Virus record (IMG/VR): IMGVR_UViG_3300029873_000010
Span: 1-43,338 of that record
DNA from: a virus
Length of the DNA: 43,338 nucleotides
Direction: 5' to 3' (one strand)
In this document: in pieces, positions 16,475 to 23,845 of the stretch
Layout: each line of letters starts with the position of its first letter
Position numbering within the stretch: the first letter of the stretch is position 1
Program-made: the position numbers and the translations under genes
Notes under the pieces: model-generated
Told to the model about the DNA's origin: nothing
Seen by the model: only the letters and a program-made list of their open reading frames with translations
Databases searched by the model: none

Positions 16475-16726
16475 ATGGCATTGAGATTAAAAGTAAACGA
16501 AGCAATCGCCCGTTCCGAGGCGAACGGGAAAAAGGTTTTGAAAAAAGACATTGCCGTCCGTCTTTTTGAGGGTGCAAGCGAGAGCGCACAACAGGTAAAT
16601 ATGACGAATTTGTGTAACGGCACAACCAAACGAATTGTCCCGGAATGGGTCGTTATTCTTTGCGAAATGTTGGATTGTACGGCGGATTACCTGTTTGGCA
16701 TGGAGGGCGGAAACAATGAAAAGTAA
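16475..16726 (+). CDS. XRE/Cro-type helix-turn-helix transcriptional regulator
   Basis: 83 aa. KKDIAVRLFEG...QQVNMTNLCNG and the C-terminal LDCTADYLFG are typical of HTH_3 regulators. Confidence 0.7.
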   Translation: MALRLKVNEAIARSEANGKKVLKKDIAVRLFEGASESAQQVNMTNLCNGTTKRIVPEWVVILCEMLDCTADYLFGMEGGNNEK

Positions 16727-16925
16727 GTTTATCGAATGGTTGGAAGCCGCCGCCGAAACCATGTTTTCCGGGTTGTTTCAAGCGAAAGCCCTAATTGTTA
16801 CGTTTGGCGCATTGGGGTTATGTTGTTTGATTGGCGCATTTTGGAACCCGTGGCAATTGTTACTTGTGGCAATGTGCGCCGCAATGGTATTATGTGGAAT
16901 TTCAGAATATAAAAAGTATAAGTAA
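16716..16925 (+). CDS. Small membrane protein
   Basis: 69 aa from ATG 16716, which overlaps the end of the HTH gene. Two hydrophobic helices (ALIVTFGALGLCCLIGAF; LLLVAMCAAMVLCGI). Confidence 0.5.
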   Translation: MKSKFIEWLEAAAETMFSGLFQAKALIVTFGALGLCCLIGAFWNPWQLLLVAMCAAMVLCGISEYKKYK

Positions 16926-18280
16926 TGAGAGCAAAGAGCGATAAACCGGGCGACCCGGTAAAAGAGGTTGCGGGAACCGTCGGCAATGTTGCCCCGGATA
17001 TGTTCCCGGAGATTAACGAGGAACAACAAACAATTATTCCCCCGTTCGTTGAGGTTCAACCGGAACAACCAACCGGAGTGTTTGAGATAATACCGGGCAT
17101 GACGGTTGAGGAAATGACGGCAATGTTTTTCGACGAAAAAACATTGATAGAACCCCCGTATAAAGTTTGGCAGTTAAACAGCAAGGGACACCGATATTAT
17201 TACCGATATGACGACGCCGGGAACCCGGAGTTTTTCCCGTCGGTTACAACCATATTGTCCCAAACATTACCCAAAGCCCCGCACCTTATAAATTGGATTG
17301 CGAACAAAGGCATTGAGGAAGCCGAGCGATACAAAGGCGAACGGGCGGCGTATGGAACGTTTATGCACGCCGCATTTGAGGAATTATTGATTAACCGGGC
17401 GTATGATTTGGACGGACTGAAAGGCAAACTAAAAGAATACATTGAGGTTTACCGATTGCCGGACGACTTTATTTATTACGCTGACGATTTGAAAAAGGAC
17501 GTATTGGCGTTTGCGCAATTCGTGTTGGATTATGATGTACGACCGTTAGCCGTTGAAATTGCGTTAGTACACCCGTATTACAAGTACGCCGGAATGATTG
17601 ATTGCCCGTGTACCATGCGGGCAAAGATTGGAAGCGACGACCGGATTAACGCAATTGTCGATTTCAAAAGCGGGCGCAAAGGCTTTTACGAGGAAAGCGA
17701 AATACAATTGGGAATGTACCGGGATATGTGGAACGTTAATTTTGAGCAATTCCCCGTTACCCGTATTTTCAATTTCAGCCCGAAAGATTGGCGCAAAAAA
17801 CCGTCGTACAATTTGAAAGAGCAAACCGAAAGCCCCAATATACGAAAAATTCCCTATCTGTTGGAGATTGCCGCCATTGAGGACGAAAAGCGGGATAATA
17901 CGTTTACGGCGGTTAATGGTATGGTTGTTTTGGACGATAACCCGGATTTGTCCCAAAATGTAATATCGTTGTCTTTGGCGGAATTGATTAAGACGAAAGC
18001 CCCCAAAGAGGCGACCCCGGACGAAACCACGGACGCCGCCGATACCGTCAAAGCGGATGCGGTTGCCCCGGAACAAACGCCGGAACCGGAAATTAAGAAA
18101 ACAAAGATTGTGAAACGCACCGGGAAAACGGCAAAGGAGGCGGAAAAGAAGCCCGCCACGGGACGAAAGACGGCAAAACGGACGGTTGCACCGGAAAAGG
18201 AACAAAAGCCCGCAAATACCATTAAAAAGCCCAAAAACGAGAATAAGAAAAAATTGTTGAACGACGACCCCGAAATTTAA
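16925..18280 (+). CDS. PD-(D/E)XK (RecB/Cas4-like) nuclease with a Lys-rich C-terminal tail
   Basis: GTFMHAAFEELL, YAGMIDCP and AIVDFKSGRKGFYEESEIQLGMY fit the D...(D/E)xK...QxxxY pattern. The last ~105 aa are K/A/E/P/T-rich and low complexity. Confidence 0.7.
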   Translation: MRAKSDKPGDPVKEVAGTVGNVAPDMFPEINEEQQTIIPPFVEVQPEQPTGVFEIIPGMTVEEMTAMFFDEKTLIEPPYKVWQLNSKGHRYYYRYDDAGNPEFFPSVTTILSQTLPKAPHLINWIANKGIEEAERYKGERAAYGTFMHAAFEELLINRAYDLDGLKGKLKEYIEVYRLPDDFIYYADDLKKDVLAFAQFVLDYDVRPLAVEIALVHPYYKYAGMIDCPCTMRAKIGSDDRINAIVDFKSGRKGFYEESEIQLGMYRDMWNVNFEQFPVTRIFNFSPKDWRKKPSYNLKEQTESPNIRKIPYLLEIAAIEDEKRDNTFTAVNGMVVLDDNPDLSQNVISLSLAELIKTKAPKEATPDETTDAADTVKADAVAPEQTPEPEIKKTKIVKRTGKTAKEAEKKPATGRKTAKRTVAPEKEQKPANTIKKPKNENKKKLLNDDPEI

Positions 18281-18483
18281 TGTTATGGTTTGCAAATGCG
18301 AGGAAAGCAAAAAGCCAATAGAACAACGAAATTGAACGGTTTTACAATTAAAATGCAATTATTCCGCTTTTAACGGTCGCCGATATACGCCAAGCGATTA
18401 CAGTTGTGTGCATTGTAATTCATGCCGGGCGGTATGGCGCACAAAAAGCGATTATGTTATAAAATCAGTAATAAAAAAGAGCG

Positions 18484-19212
18484 ATGAAAGGACGAATAAG
18501 ACGACCGGAGGCGGAAAAATCCCGTTTGATTTTGCCCCGTGTCGGACAAATAAAAATCGGAATGAAAAACGCCAACGGATACCCGCAAAGCGTGGATTAT
18601 TTCATACCAACGGGAAAGTATGCCGGGTTATTTACACAGGCATACGGCGAAAAGCCCCAAACAATCCAAATCGTTTTCCCGGACGACGACCCGGCGAAAG
18701 TATGTAACGAGCGGTACGAGTACCGGGACGACGACGGACGATTGATTGCGGCGGGCGACGGCGAAACGTTCCAAGTTTGGGACGGCAAGAAGTACGAAAC
18801 GTTGACAACGGAAAAGTACCCAAATTTGATGCAATCCATTACAAAGCGTTACCCCAACAAGAAAAGTAAACAGGACGGACACGACGGTTGGGAAATTACG
18901 TTGACGTTGAATTTTATTGTACCGTTGGTACGTGGCGTTGCCGGGGTATGGCAGTTTGCAACAAAGGGTACGGCGTCCACAATTCCACAAATACGGGAAA
19001 CGTTCGACGGTATGTTGGCGGAACGGGGATTTTGTAAGGGAATTATATTTGATTTGAACGTACAATTTGCCACGACCCAAAAACCCGGCGATAAATCCCG
19101 TTTCCCTGTTGTTTCATTGGTTCCGAACGAAAGCCCGGACAATGTTTTAAGAGTGCGCAAAGCGTGGGAACCTGTTAAACAATTGGAGGGTAGAGATAAT
19201 GGCAACGAATAA
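18484..19212 (+). CDS. Conserved phage protein; possible recombination partner of the nuclease (function unassigned)
   Basis: 242-aa ORF following the nuclease. I recall the N-terminal LPRVGQIKIGMKNANGYPQSVDYF from phage proteins but cannot name a family. Confidence 0.5.
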   Translation: MKGRIRRPEAEKSRLILPRVGQIKIGMKNANGYPQSVDYFIPTGKYAGLFTQAYGEKPQTIQIVFPDDDPAKVCNERYEYRDDDGRLIAAGDGETFQVWDGKKYETLTTEKYPNLMQSITKRYPNKKSKQDGHDGWEITLTLNFIVPLVRGVAGVWQFATKGTASTIPQIRETFDGMLAERGFCKGIIFDLNVQFATTQKPGDKSRFPVVSLVPNESPDNVLRVRKAWEPVKQLEGRDNGNE

Positions 19213-20053
19213 TACAATTACCCGGCGTAAATACGACCGGGATTATTGCCAAATGGCAAACGAGTTCTTAAAAGATACCCGTTTGAGTTGGAAAGCAAAA
19301 GGAATAATTGCATACGTCCAAATGTTGCCGGACGATTGGGTTTTGAATATGCGAGATTTGACGAACCGGGCAACCGACGGTCGGGACAGTCTGTATAGTG
19401 GTATTAAAGAGTTGGAAAAGTTCGGGTATTGCTCAAAGATTATGCAAAGAAACCCGGACGGTACAATTGCGGGGTTTGCTTATGAGATTTGCGACAAAGC
19501 AATTTTTCAACCATTTACGGAAAATCCGGTTAAGGATGCACCGCAACCGGAAAACCCGGATACGGTTAAACCGGATACGGAAAAACCCGACCCGGAAAAC
19601 CCGACGCTAATAAATACTAATAATACTAATGACCCAAATAAACCAAATACTAATCAGAGTAAACCCGCCAACCCTGTTGTCGGGGATTTGTTCCCAGAAC
19701 AACAGGATTTGAAAAAGGATAAAAAAATAACGTCCATATTTCGCAATTCCGATGTTTACAAATTGGTTAAGTTCGGGGCGGACGGCGTAAATGATTATTC
19801 CGAGTTTGAAAAACTGTTTGCGACGCCGGAATTTGAAAAGGTCGATTTGATTTATTATTTCCACACGGTCGCCGATTGGTCGGAAACCAAACAGGGAGTT
19901 AAGCGAACCCGCACGGGTTGGATTGCGACGGTACGCAATTTTATCCGGGGCGACATTGAGAAAAAGAAATTGCATTTGAAACCGGAATACCAAGCCCCGC
20001 AAAAACTGTTGAACGTGGCGGGCGCAATGGAATTTCTTAACAACGATTATTGA
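19199..20053 (+). CDS. Replication initiator / replisome organiser-like protein (N-terminal winged HTH)
   Basis: KAKGIIAYVQMLPDDWVLNMRDL...GIKELEKFGY, followed by PENP/DTxKP repeats. Pattern seen in Bacteroidota plasmid and phage Rep/DnaD-like proteins. Confidence 0.6.
   Translation: MATNNTITRRKYDRDYCQMANEFLKDTRLSWKAKGIIAYVQMLPDDWVLNMRDLTNRATDGRDSLYSGIKELEKFGYCSKIMQRNPDGTIAGFAYEICDKAIFQPFTENPVKDAPQPENPDTVKPDTEKPDPENPTLINTNNTNDPNKPNTNQSKPANPVVGDLFPEQQDLKKDKKITSIFRNSDVYKLVKFGADGVNDYSEFEKLFATPEFEKVDLIYYFHTVADWSETKQGVKRTRTGWIATVRNFIRGDIEKKKLHLKPEYQAPQKLLNVAGAMEFLNNDY
19517..19604. repeat. Iteron-like direct repeats (CGGAAAA(N)CCCG, four copies) inside the initiator gene, followed by an AT-rich tract
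   Basis: Copies start at 19518, 19548, 19578 and 19593 (spacing 30/30/15 nt). An AATACTAAT-rich stretch follows at 19607-19655. Confidence 0.45.
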
Positions 20054-20055
20054 TT

Positions 20056-20988
20056 ATGGAAAATTTGCCGGAAACAGTAAATACGCAATCCGTGGCGTTG
20101 GCGATATGCAACCCAACGCCCGGTACAAAAGCAATCGACATACGCCGACAAATGTTGCAATTACCGGAGGTTGCCAAATCGGTATCCGGGGTTGAAAAGT
20201 ACATTTTCGCCGCCTCAACGAAAATGCAAATTGCCGATATTGACGACGGCACGTTGATTGCGAAAACCGGGCAAATGTTCCGGTTTATTGCAATGGACGT
20301 CGGGTATATAATCCCGACCAATCCGGAAGATTGGGCGTACATTTGTACCCGGTTGTTGGATATACTCAAAAAATACTATTCGCAAATGACATTGGCGGAT
20401 ATTAAGTTGGCATTTGAGTTGGCGACAACCGGGGAATTGGACGACTATTTGCCGAAAGACAGTCAAGGCAACCCGGACAAAAAGCATTACCAACAGTTTA
20501 ACGCCGATTATTTCGCAAAGATATTGAACGCATACCGCCGGAAACAAAACGGGGTTATACATAAAGCGTATAAGGCATTGCCGGAGCCGAAAAAGGAATT
20601 GACGCCGGAGGAAAAACGGTATTATCACAACCAAACCGTCGCCCGATGTAGGGAGGTATTTTTGCAATACAAATATACCGGGCGGTTTGTGTTGGGGATT
20701 ACTGACGGAATGTTAATTTATGATTGGTTGCGAAAGTTGGGTTTTGCCAATGAGGTTGCCGGAACCGAAGACGACCGCAAACAAGCATTTGCCCGATATA
20801 TGCAACGTGTTGCCCGTGGGTTCGTCAACAAGTACGAGGCGTACCACGTCCAACGTAAGGGAGCCGACGCCCCGGAGTTGGATTTTACGGCGTATGAGAT
20901 AGCGAGGGACAAAGAGATTGCCCGGACGTTTGACCGAATGATTGCCGACGAATTACAGATTGATAACTATTTAGATTTTTGGAAATGA
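20056..20988 (+). CDS. Hypothetical replication-module protein
   Basis: 310 aa from ATG 20056; the track start at 20050 is a TTG. No motif recognised. Confidence 0.6.
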   Translation: MENLPETVNTQSVALAICNPTPGTKAIDIRRQMLQLPEVAKSVSGVEKYIFAASTKMQIADIDDGTLIAKTGQMFRFIAMDVGYIIPTNPEDWAYICTRLLDILKKYYSQMTLADIKLAFELATTGELDDYLPKDSQGNPDKKHYQQFNADYFAKILNAYRRKQNGVIHKAYKALPEPKKELTPEEKRYYHNQTVARCREVFLQYKYTGRFVLGITDGMLIYDWLRKLGFANEVAGTEDDRKQAFARYMQRVARGFVNKYEAYHVQRKGADAPELDFTAYEIARDKEIARTFDRMIADELQIDNYLDFWK

Positions 20989-21521
20989 ACAAAATAACGA
21001 TTGATTGTATTATTGGGATTGACCCCGGAAAAACCGGGGGGATTGCCGTTTGGCGTCCGAACCATAAAACCGAGGTAATAAAAATGCCGGGCGACCTTAT
21101 GGAGTTGCGGCAATGGTTTAATTATATGAGGACTATTTGCCGCCCGTTGGTATTCGTCGAAAAGGTGCAATTGCGCCCGGATGATATAACCGACAACCCC
21201 GGTAAAGCGTTCCGGGTTCAAAAACTGTTATCCGAGTTCGAGAAACTGAAAACGATAATTGCCATGTGCGACGTACCGTTTGTTTTAGTACACCCCCAAA
21301 AATGGCAAAACGAATTGAAATTGCGAGTTAAGGGGGAGGAAAAGCCGGAGCGCAAAAAGCGATACCAACGAGCCGCCGCCGATTATTACCCCGATGTTAA
21401 GGCGACATTGTGGAATGCCGACGCCCTTATGATAATGCACTTTGGACGGTACATTTTACACAACAATCCCCGTTGGGTTTTGGAGAATTTGCCCGCCCCG
21501 ATGCACGACCGGTTGTTTTAA
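20985..21521 (+). CDS. RuvC-like Holliday junction resolvase
   Basis: CIIGIDPGKTGGIAVW (first catalytic Asp motif), LVFVEKV, NADALMIMHFG. ATG 20985 forms an ATGA overlap with the upstream stop. Confidence 0.7.
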   Translation: MNKITIDCIIGIDPGKTGGIAVWRPNHKTEVIKMPGDLMELRQWFNYMRTICRPLVFVEKVQLRPDDITDNPGKAFRVQKLLSEFEKLKTIIAMCDVPFVLVHPQKWQNELKLRVKGEEKPERKKRYQRAAADYYPDVKATLWNADALMIMHFGRYILHNNPRWVLENLPAPMHDRLF

Positions 21522-21548
21522 GCCCCGTATTTCGATTATTTTGTTTAA

Positions 21549-21770
21549 ATGGGTAAAAGTATGGTAGACGAAAATAAAATCCCGCAAATCGAAAATCCGG
21601 CAAAAATAACATTGGAAGAATTGGCGTACATGGTTAAACAGATGCGCCACAACCAACGGAGGTGCGAACGGAACCCAACGCCGGAAAAGATTGCAACCCG
21701 GACGGCATGGGAACAAAAAGTTGACGGCGTTATTGCCGTCTTAACAGATACGCAAATGAAATTATTTTGA
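21549..21770 (+). CDS. Hypothetical protein
   Basis: 73-aa ORF; last gene before the terminator at 21775. Confidence 0.5.
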   Translation: MGKSMVDENKIPQIENPAKITLEELAYMVKQMRHNQRRCERNPTPEKIATRTAWEQKVDGVIAVLTDTQMKLF

Positions 21771-21774
21771 TTTT

Positions 21775-21812
21775 ATCCCGGTACGCTTTGCGCCGTATCG
21801 GGATTATTTTTT
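21775..21812 (+). terminator. Rho-independent terminator
   Basis: ATCCCGGTACG / ctttgcgc / CGTATCGGGAT: 11 bp including one G-U pair, followed by TATTTTTT. Confidence 0.8.
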
Positions 21813-21843
21813 ACCCTAATATGAAAAAATAAAAAGAAAAAGT

Positions 21844-21874
21844 TTTGGTAATTAAAATATTTACCGTAATTTTG
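21844..21874 (+). promoter_or_regulatory. Bacteroidota sigma-A type early/middle promoter
   Basis: TTTG(21844-21847)-N19-TAATTTTG(21867-21874). Confidence 0.7.
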
Positions 21875-21887
21875 TGGCATGAAATAA

Positions 21888-21909
21888 CAACGACCGGGCG
21901 TTTTCCCGG
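21888..21909 (+). promoter_or_regulatory. Leader box plus hairpin CAACGA-CCGGG / CGTTTT / CCCGG
   Basis: Lies 13 nt after the -7 box and 17 nt before ATG 21927. Confidence 0.6.
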
Positions 21910-21926
21910 AAATAAAAACCAAGAAT

Positions 21927-22136
21927 ATGGATACATTAGAAACAGCAAAACAGACAAAAACGGCTTATTTCATTGAGTACGTTTACCCAATCGACGTATA
22001 CGGCAAACAGTCGTTTTATTTTCAGTTGGTACGAACCAAAGATTGTGCGATATTATACGCCAATGAAAATATAAATAATGTTTTTATAGCGTGTTGGAAA
22101 ATGGATATTTCGCATAAAGACGTAACGATATGGTAA
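21927..22136 (+). CDS. Hypothetical early protein
   Basis: 69-aa ORF directly after the promoter-leader cassette. Confidence 0.55.
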   Translation: MDTLETAKQTKTAYFIEYVYPIDVYGKQSFYFQLVRTKDCAILYANENINNVFIACWKMDISHKDVTIW

Positions 22137-22312
22137 CGGATGAATTGGGAGCCGTTCGCCATACAATGACGGCAAAAGAGTTGGGCGACCTGTATAAGCG
22201 TTTGGAAAACTTTATTGCTGATTGCACCCGGTCGGAGGTTGACACCAACCGGGATGCGCTTAACAAGGTGCAAAGCATGATACACCAAAGAATGAGATTA
22301 ACAAACAAATAA
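22130..22312 (+). CDS. Hypothetical protein
   Basis: 60 aa. ATG overlaps the end of the upstream gene by 7 nt. Confidence 0.45.
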   Translation: MVTDELGAVRHTMTAKELGDLYKRLENFIADCTRSEVDTNRDALNKVQSMIHQRMRLTNK

Positions 22313-22321
22313 GCAGTAACC

Positions 22322-22339
22322 GCCGGGGGAAACCCCGGC
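22322..22339 (+). promoter_or_regulatory. Intercistronic GNRA hairpin GCCGGGG / GAAA / CCCCGGC
   Basis: 7-bp GC stem lying 16 nt upstream of ATG 22356. Confidence 0.45.
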
Positions 22340-22355
22340 ATAAAAGAGCGAAAAA

Positions 22356-23801
22356 ATGATTATCAAAAAGTTAGAGTTGTTGAATTTCCAAGTAATTAAG
22401 GAGTTCAACGCAGATTTTGAGGGTAATGTATATTTCATTACCGGGGACAATGAGTTGGGAAAATCCACGCTATTAAAGGCAATCGGGGCGTTGTTGACGG
22501 GGAACCGGGACGCCGTTTTGCGTAATGGAGAGGATAAAGGGTTTGCCAAAATGGTTGTCGGCGACGACGGCGAGGAATACGACGTTGAATTGCGGTTTAC
22601 CAAAGCCAACCCCCGTGGTACGTTATCAATCAAACAGAAAACAACCGGGATGCGGTCGGATAACGTAAGTATGTTGCAAAAGGTTTTCGGATATACGGAT
22701 TTTGACGCCGTAGAGTTTTCCCGGTGGTCTGAAACCGCCGAGGGTCGCCGAAAGCAAGTGCAATACGTCCGGGCATTGTTGCCGGAGAATGTGCAAAAAC
22801 GTATTGCCGAGATTGACGCCGAGGTTATGACGGTTAAGGAGAAAAGAAAGGACGCCAACGCCGAGGTCAAGACGTACACGACCATTTGCGCCGCCGCCGA
22901 AAAACAGTTGAAACCGGGCGACGTCAAAACGTATGCCGAGAAAATCGACATTGCCGATTTAATGGAGGAACAAAACGAGAACGCCCGGTTGATTGAGAAA
23001 GCGAAAACCGTGCGTACCGCATTGCAAACCCGGACGGAACAATTGGAGGCAATCCCCGGTCGTATCAAAGCCGCCGAGGAAACCAAGAATACAGAGATTG
23101 ACGCCGCAATAAAGTATGAGGCGGAAGCCCAAGCCGAATACGACCGGATTGTTGCCGAGGCAAAAAAGGCATTGGAAGCGGCAAAGAAAAAGAGCAAAGC
23201 GGATGCGAAAGCCGCCGCCGACAAATACGACGAAACATTGGCGCAAATCCAAACGGATAAAGCCAATTACGAAACCCGTAAGAACAACGCCGCCGCATGG
23301 TTGGCAAGGTACGAGGAAAACAACCCGGAGAATTTGGATACAGCCGAACGCCTCAAACAAGCCGAGGAACACAACAAAATCAATGCGTTAGTTGTGGACT
23401 ATCTGACGAAGAAAAATCAAAAGGACGTCGCCGAAAAGGTCGCCCAAACCCACGAAAAAAAGTTGTCGGACTTGCTCAAAGAGCGGGAATCCCTTATTGC
23501 GAAATCGGAATTGCCGATTGCCGGGTTGACGTTCACGGACGACGGGTTGGAGTTAAACGGCGTGCCGTTCGTCGCCGGGAAAGTTTCGGATAGTCAGATA
23601 ATGGAGGTTGCCGCAAAATTGATTATCGCAAGCAATCCGACCGTTAAGGTATTCCGCATTGCGAGGGGCGAAAGTTTGGGCGCAAAACGTCTGCAATCCC
23701 TTATAGAATTAGCCAGGAAAGAAGGGTATCAAGGATTTATTGAGGAAGTCAAGCGAGGACAGGACGATTTAATTATTGAGGAATACAGCGAAATAGAGTA
23801 A
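22356..23801 (+). CDS. SMC/SbcC/RecF-like AAA ATPase with a central coiled coil
   Basis: N-terminal LELLNFQVIKEF...FITGDNELGKSTLLKAIG (Walker A), about 200 aa of coiled coil, C-terminal globular part ending QGFIEEV. Confidence 0.7.
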   Translation: MIIKKLELLNFQVIKEFNADFEGNVYFITGDNELGKSTLLKAIGALLTGNRDAVLRNGEDKGFAKMVVGDDGEEYDVELRFTKANPRGTLSIKQKTTGMRSDNVSMLQKVFGYTDFDAVEFSRWSETAEGRRKQVQYVRALLPENVQKRIAEIDAEVMTVKEKRKDANAEVKTYTTICAAAEKQLKPGDVKTYAEKIDIADLMEEQNENARLIEKAKTVRTALQTRTEQLEAIPGRIKAAEETKNTEIDAAIKYEAEAQAEYDRIVAEAKKALEAAKKKSKADAKAAADKYDETLAQIQTDKANYETRKNNAAAWLARYEENNPENLDTAERLKQAEEHNKINALVVDYLTKKNQKDVAEKVAQTHEKKLSDLLKERESLIAKSELPIAGLTFTDDGLELNGVPFVAGKVSDSQIMEVAAKLIIASNPTVKVFRIARGESLGAKRLQSLIELARKEGYQGFIEEVKRGQDDLIIEEYSEIE

Positions 23802-23807
23802 TTAACC

Positions 23808-23829
23808 GGGGGGCGGGTTCCCGTTCCCC
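23808..23829 (+). promoter_or_regulatory. Intercistronic GC hairpin
   Basis: GGGGGGCGG / gttc / CCGTTCCCC: 9 pairs including two G-U pairs. Lies between the stop at 23801 and ATG 23846. Confidence 0.35.
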
Positions 23830-23845
23830 CTTAATAGCAAAAACA

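Noticed and set aside
16475-16726. Lysogeny switch (CI/Cro pair with integrase)
   Set aside because: Only one short Cro-like HTH is present, on the same strand as everything else. There is no divergent repressor gene and no tyrosine or serine recombinase motif. Apart from the assembly overlap, there is no att-like flanking repeat.
18333-18335. Possible stop-codon reassignment (TGA read-through), as reported for some gut phages
   Set aside because: TGA, TAA and TAG all terminate long, well-delimited genes throughout the window, for example TMP (TGA), the fibre (TAA) and the DnaQ-like exonuclease (TAG). Standard code 11 gives an almost gap-free gene map. A single in-frame TGA in a short gap ORF is not evidence for recoding.
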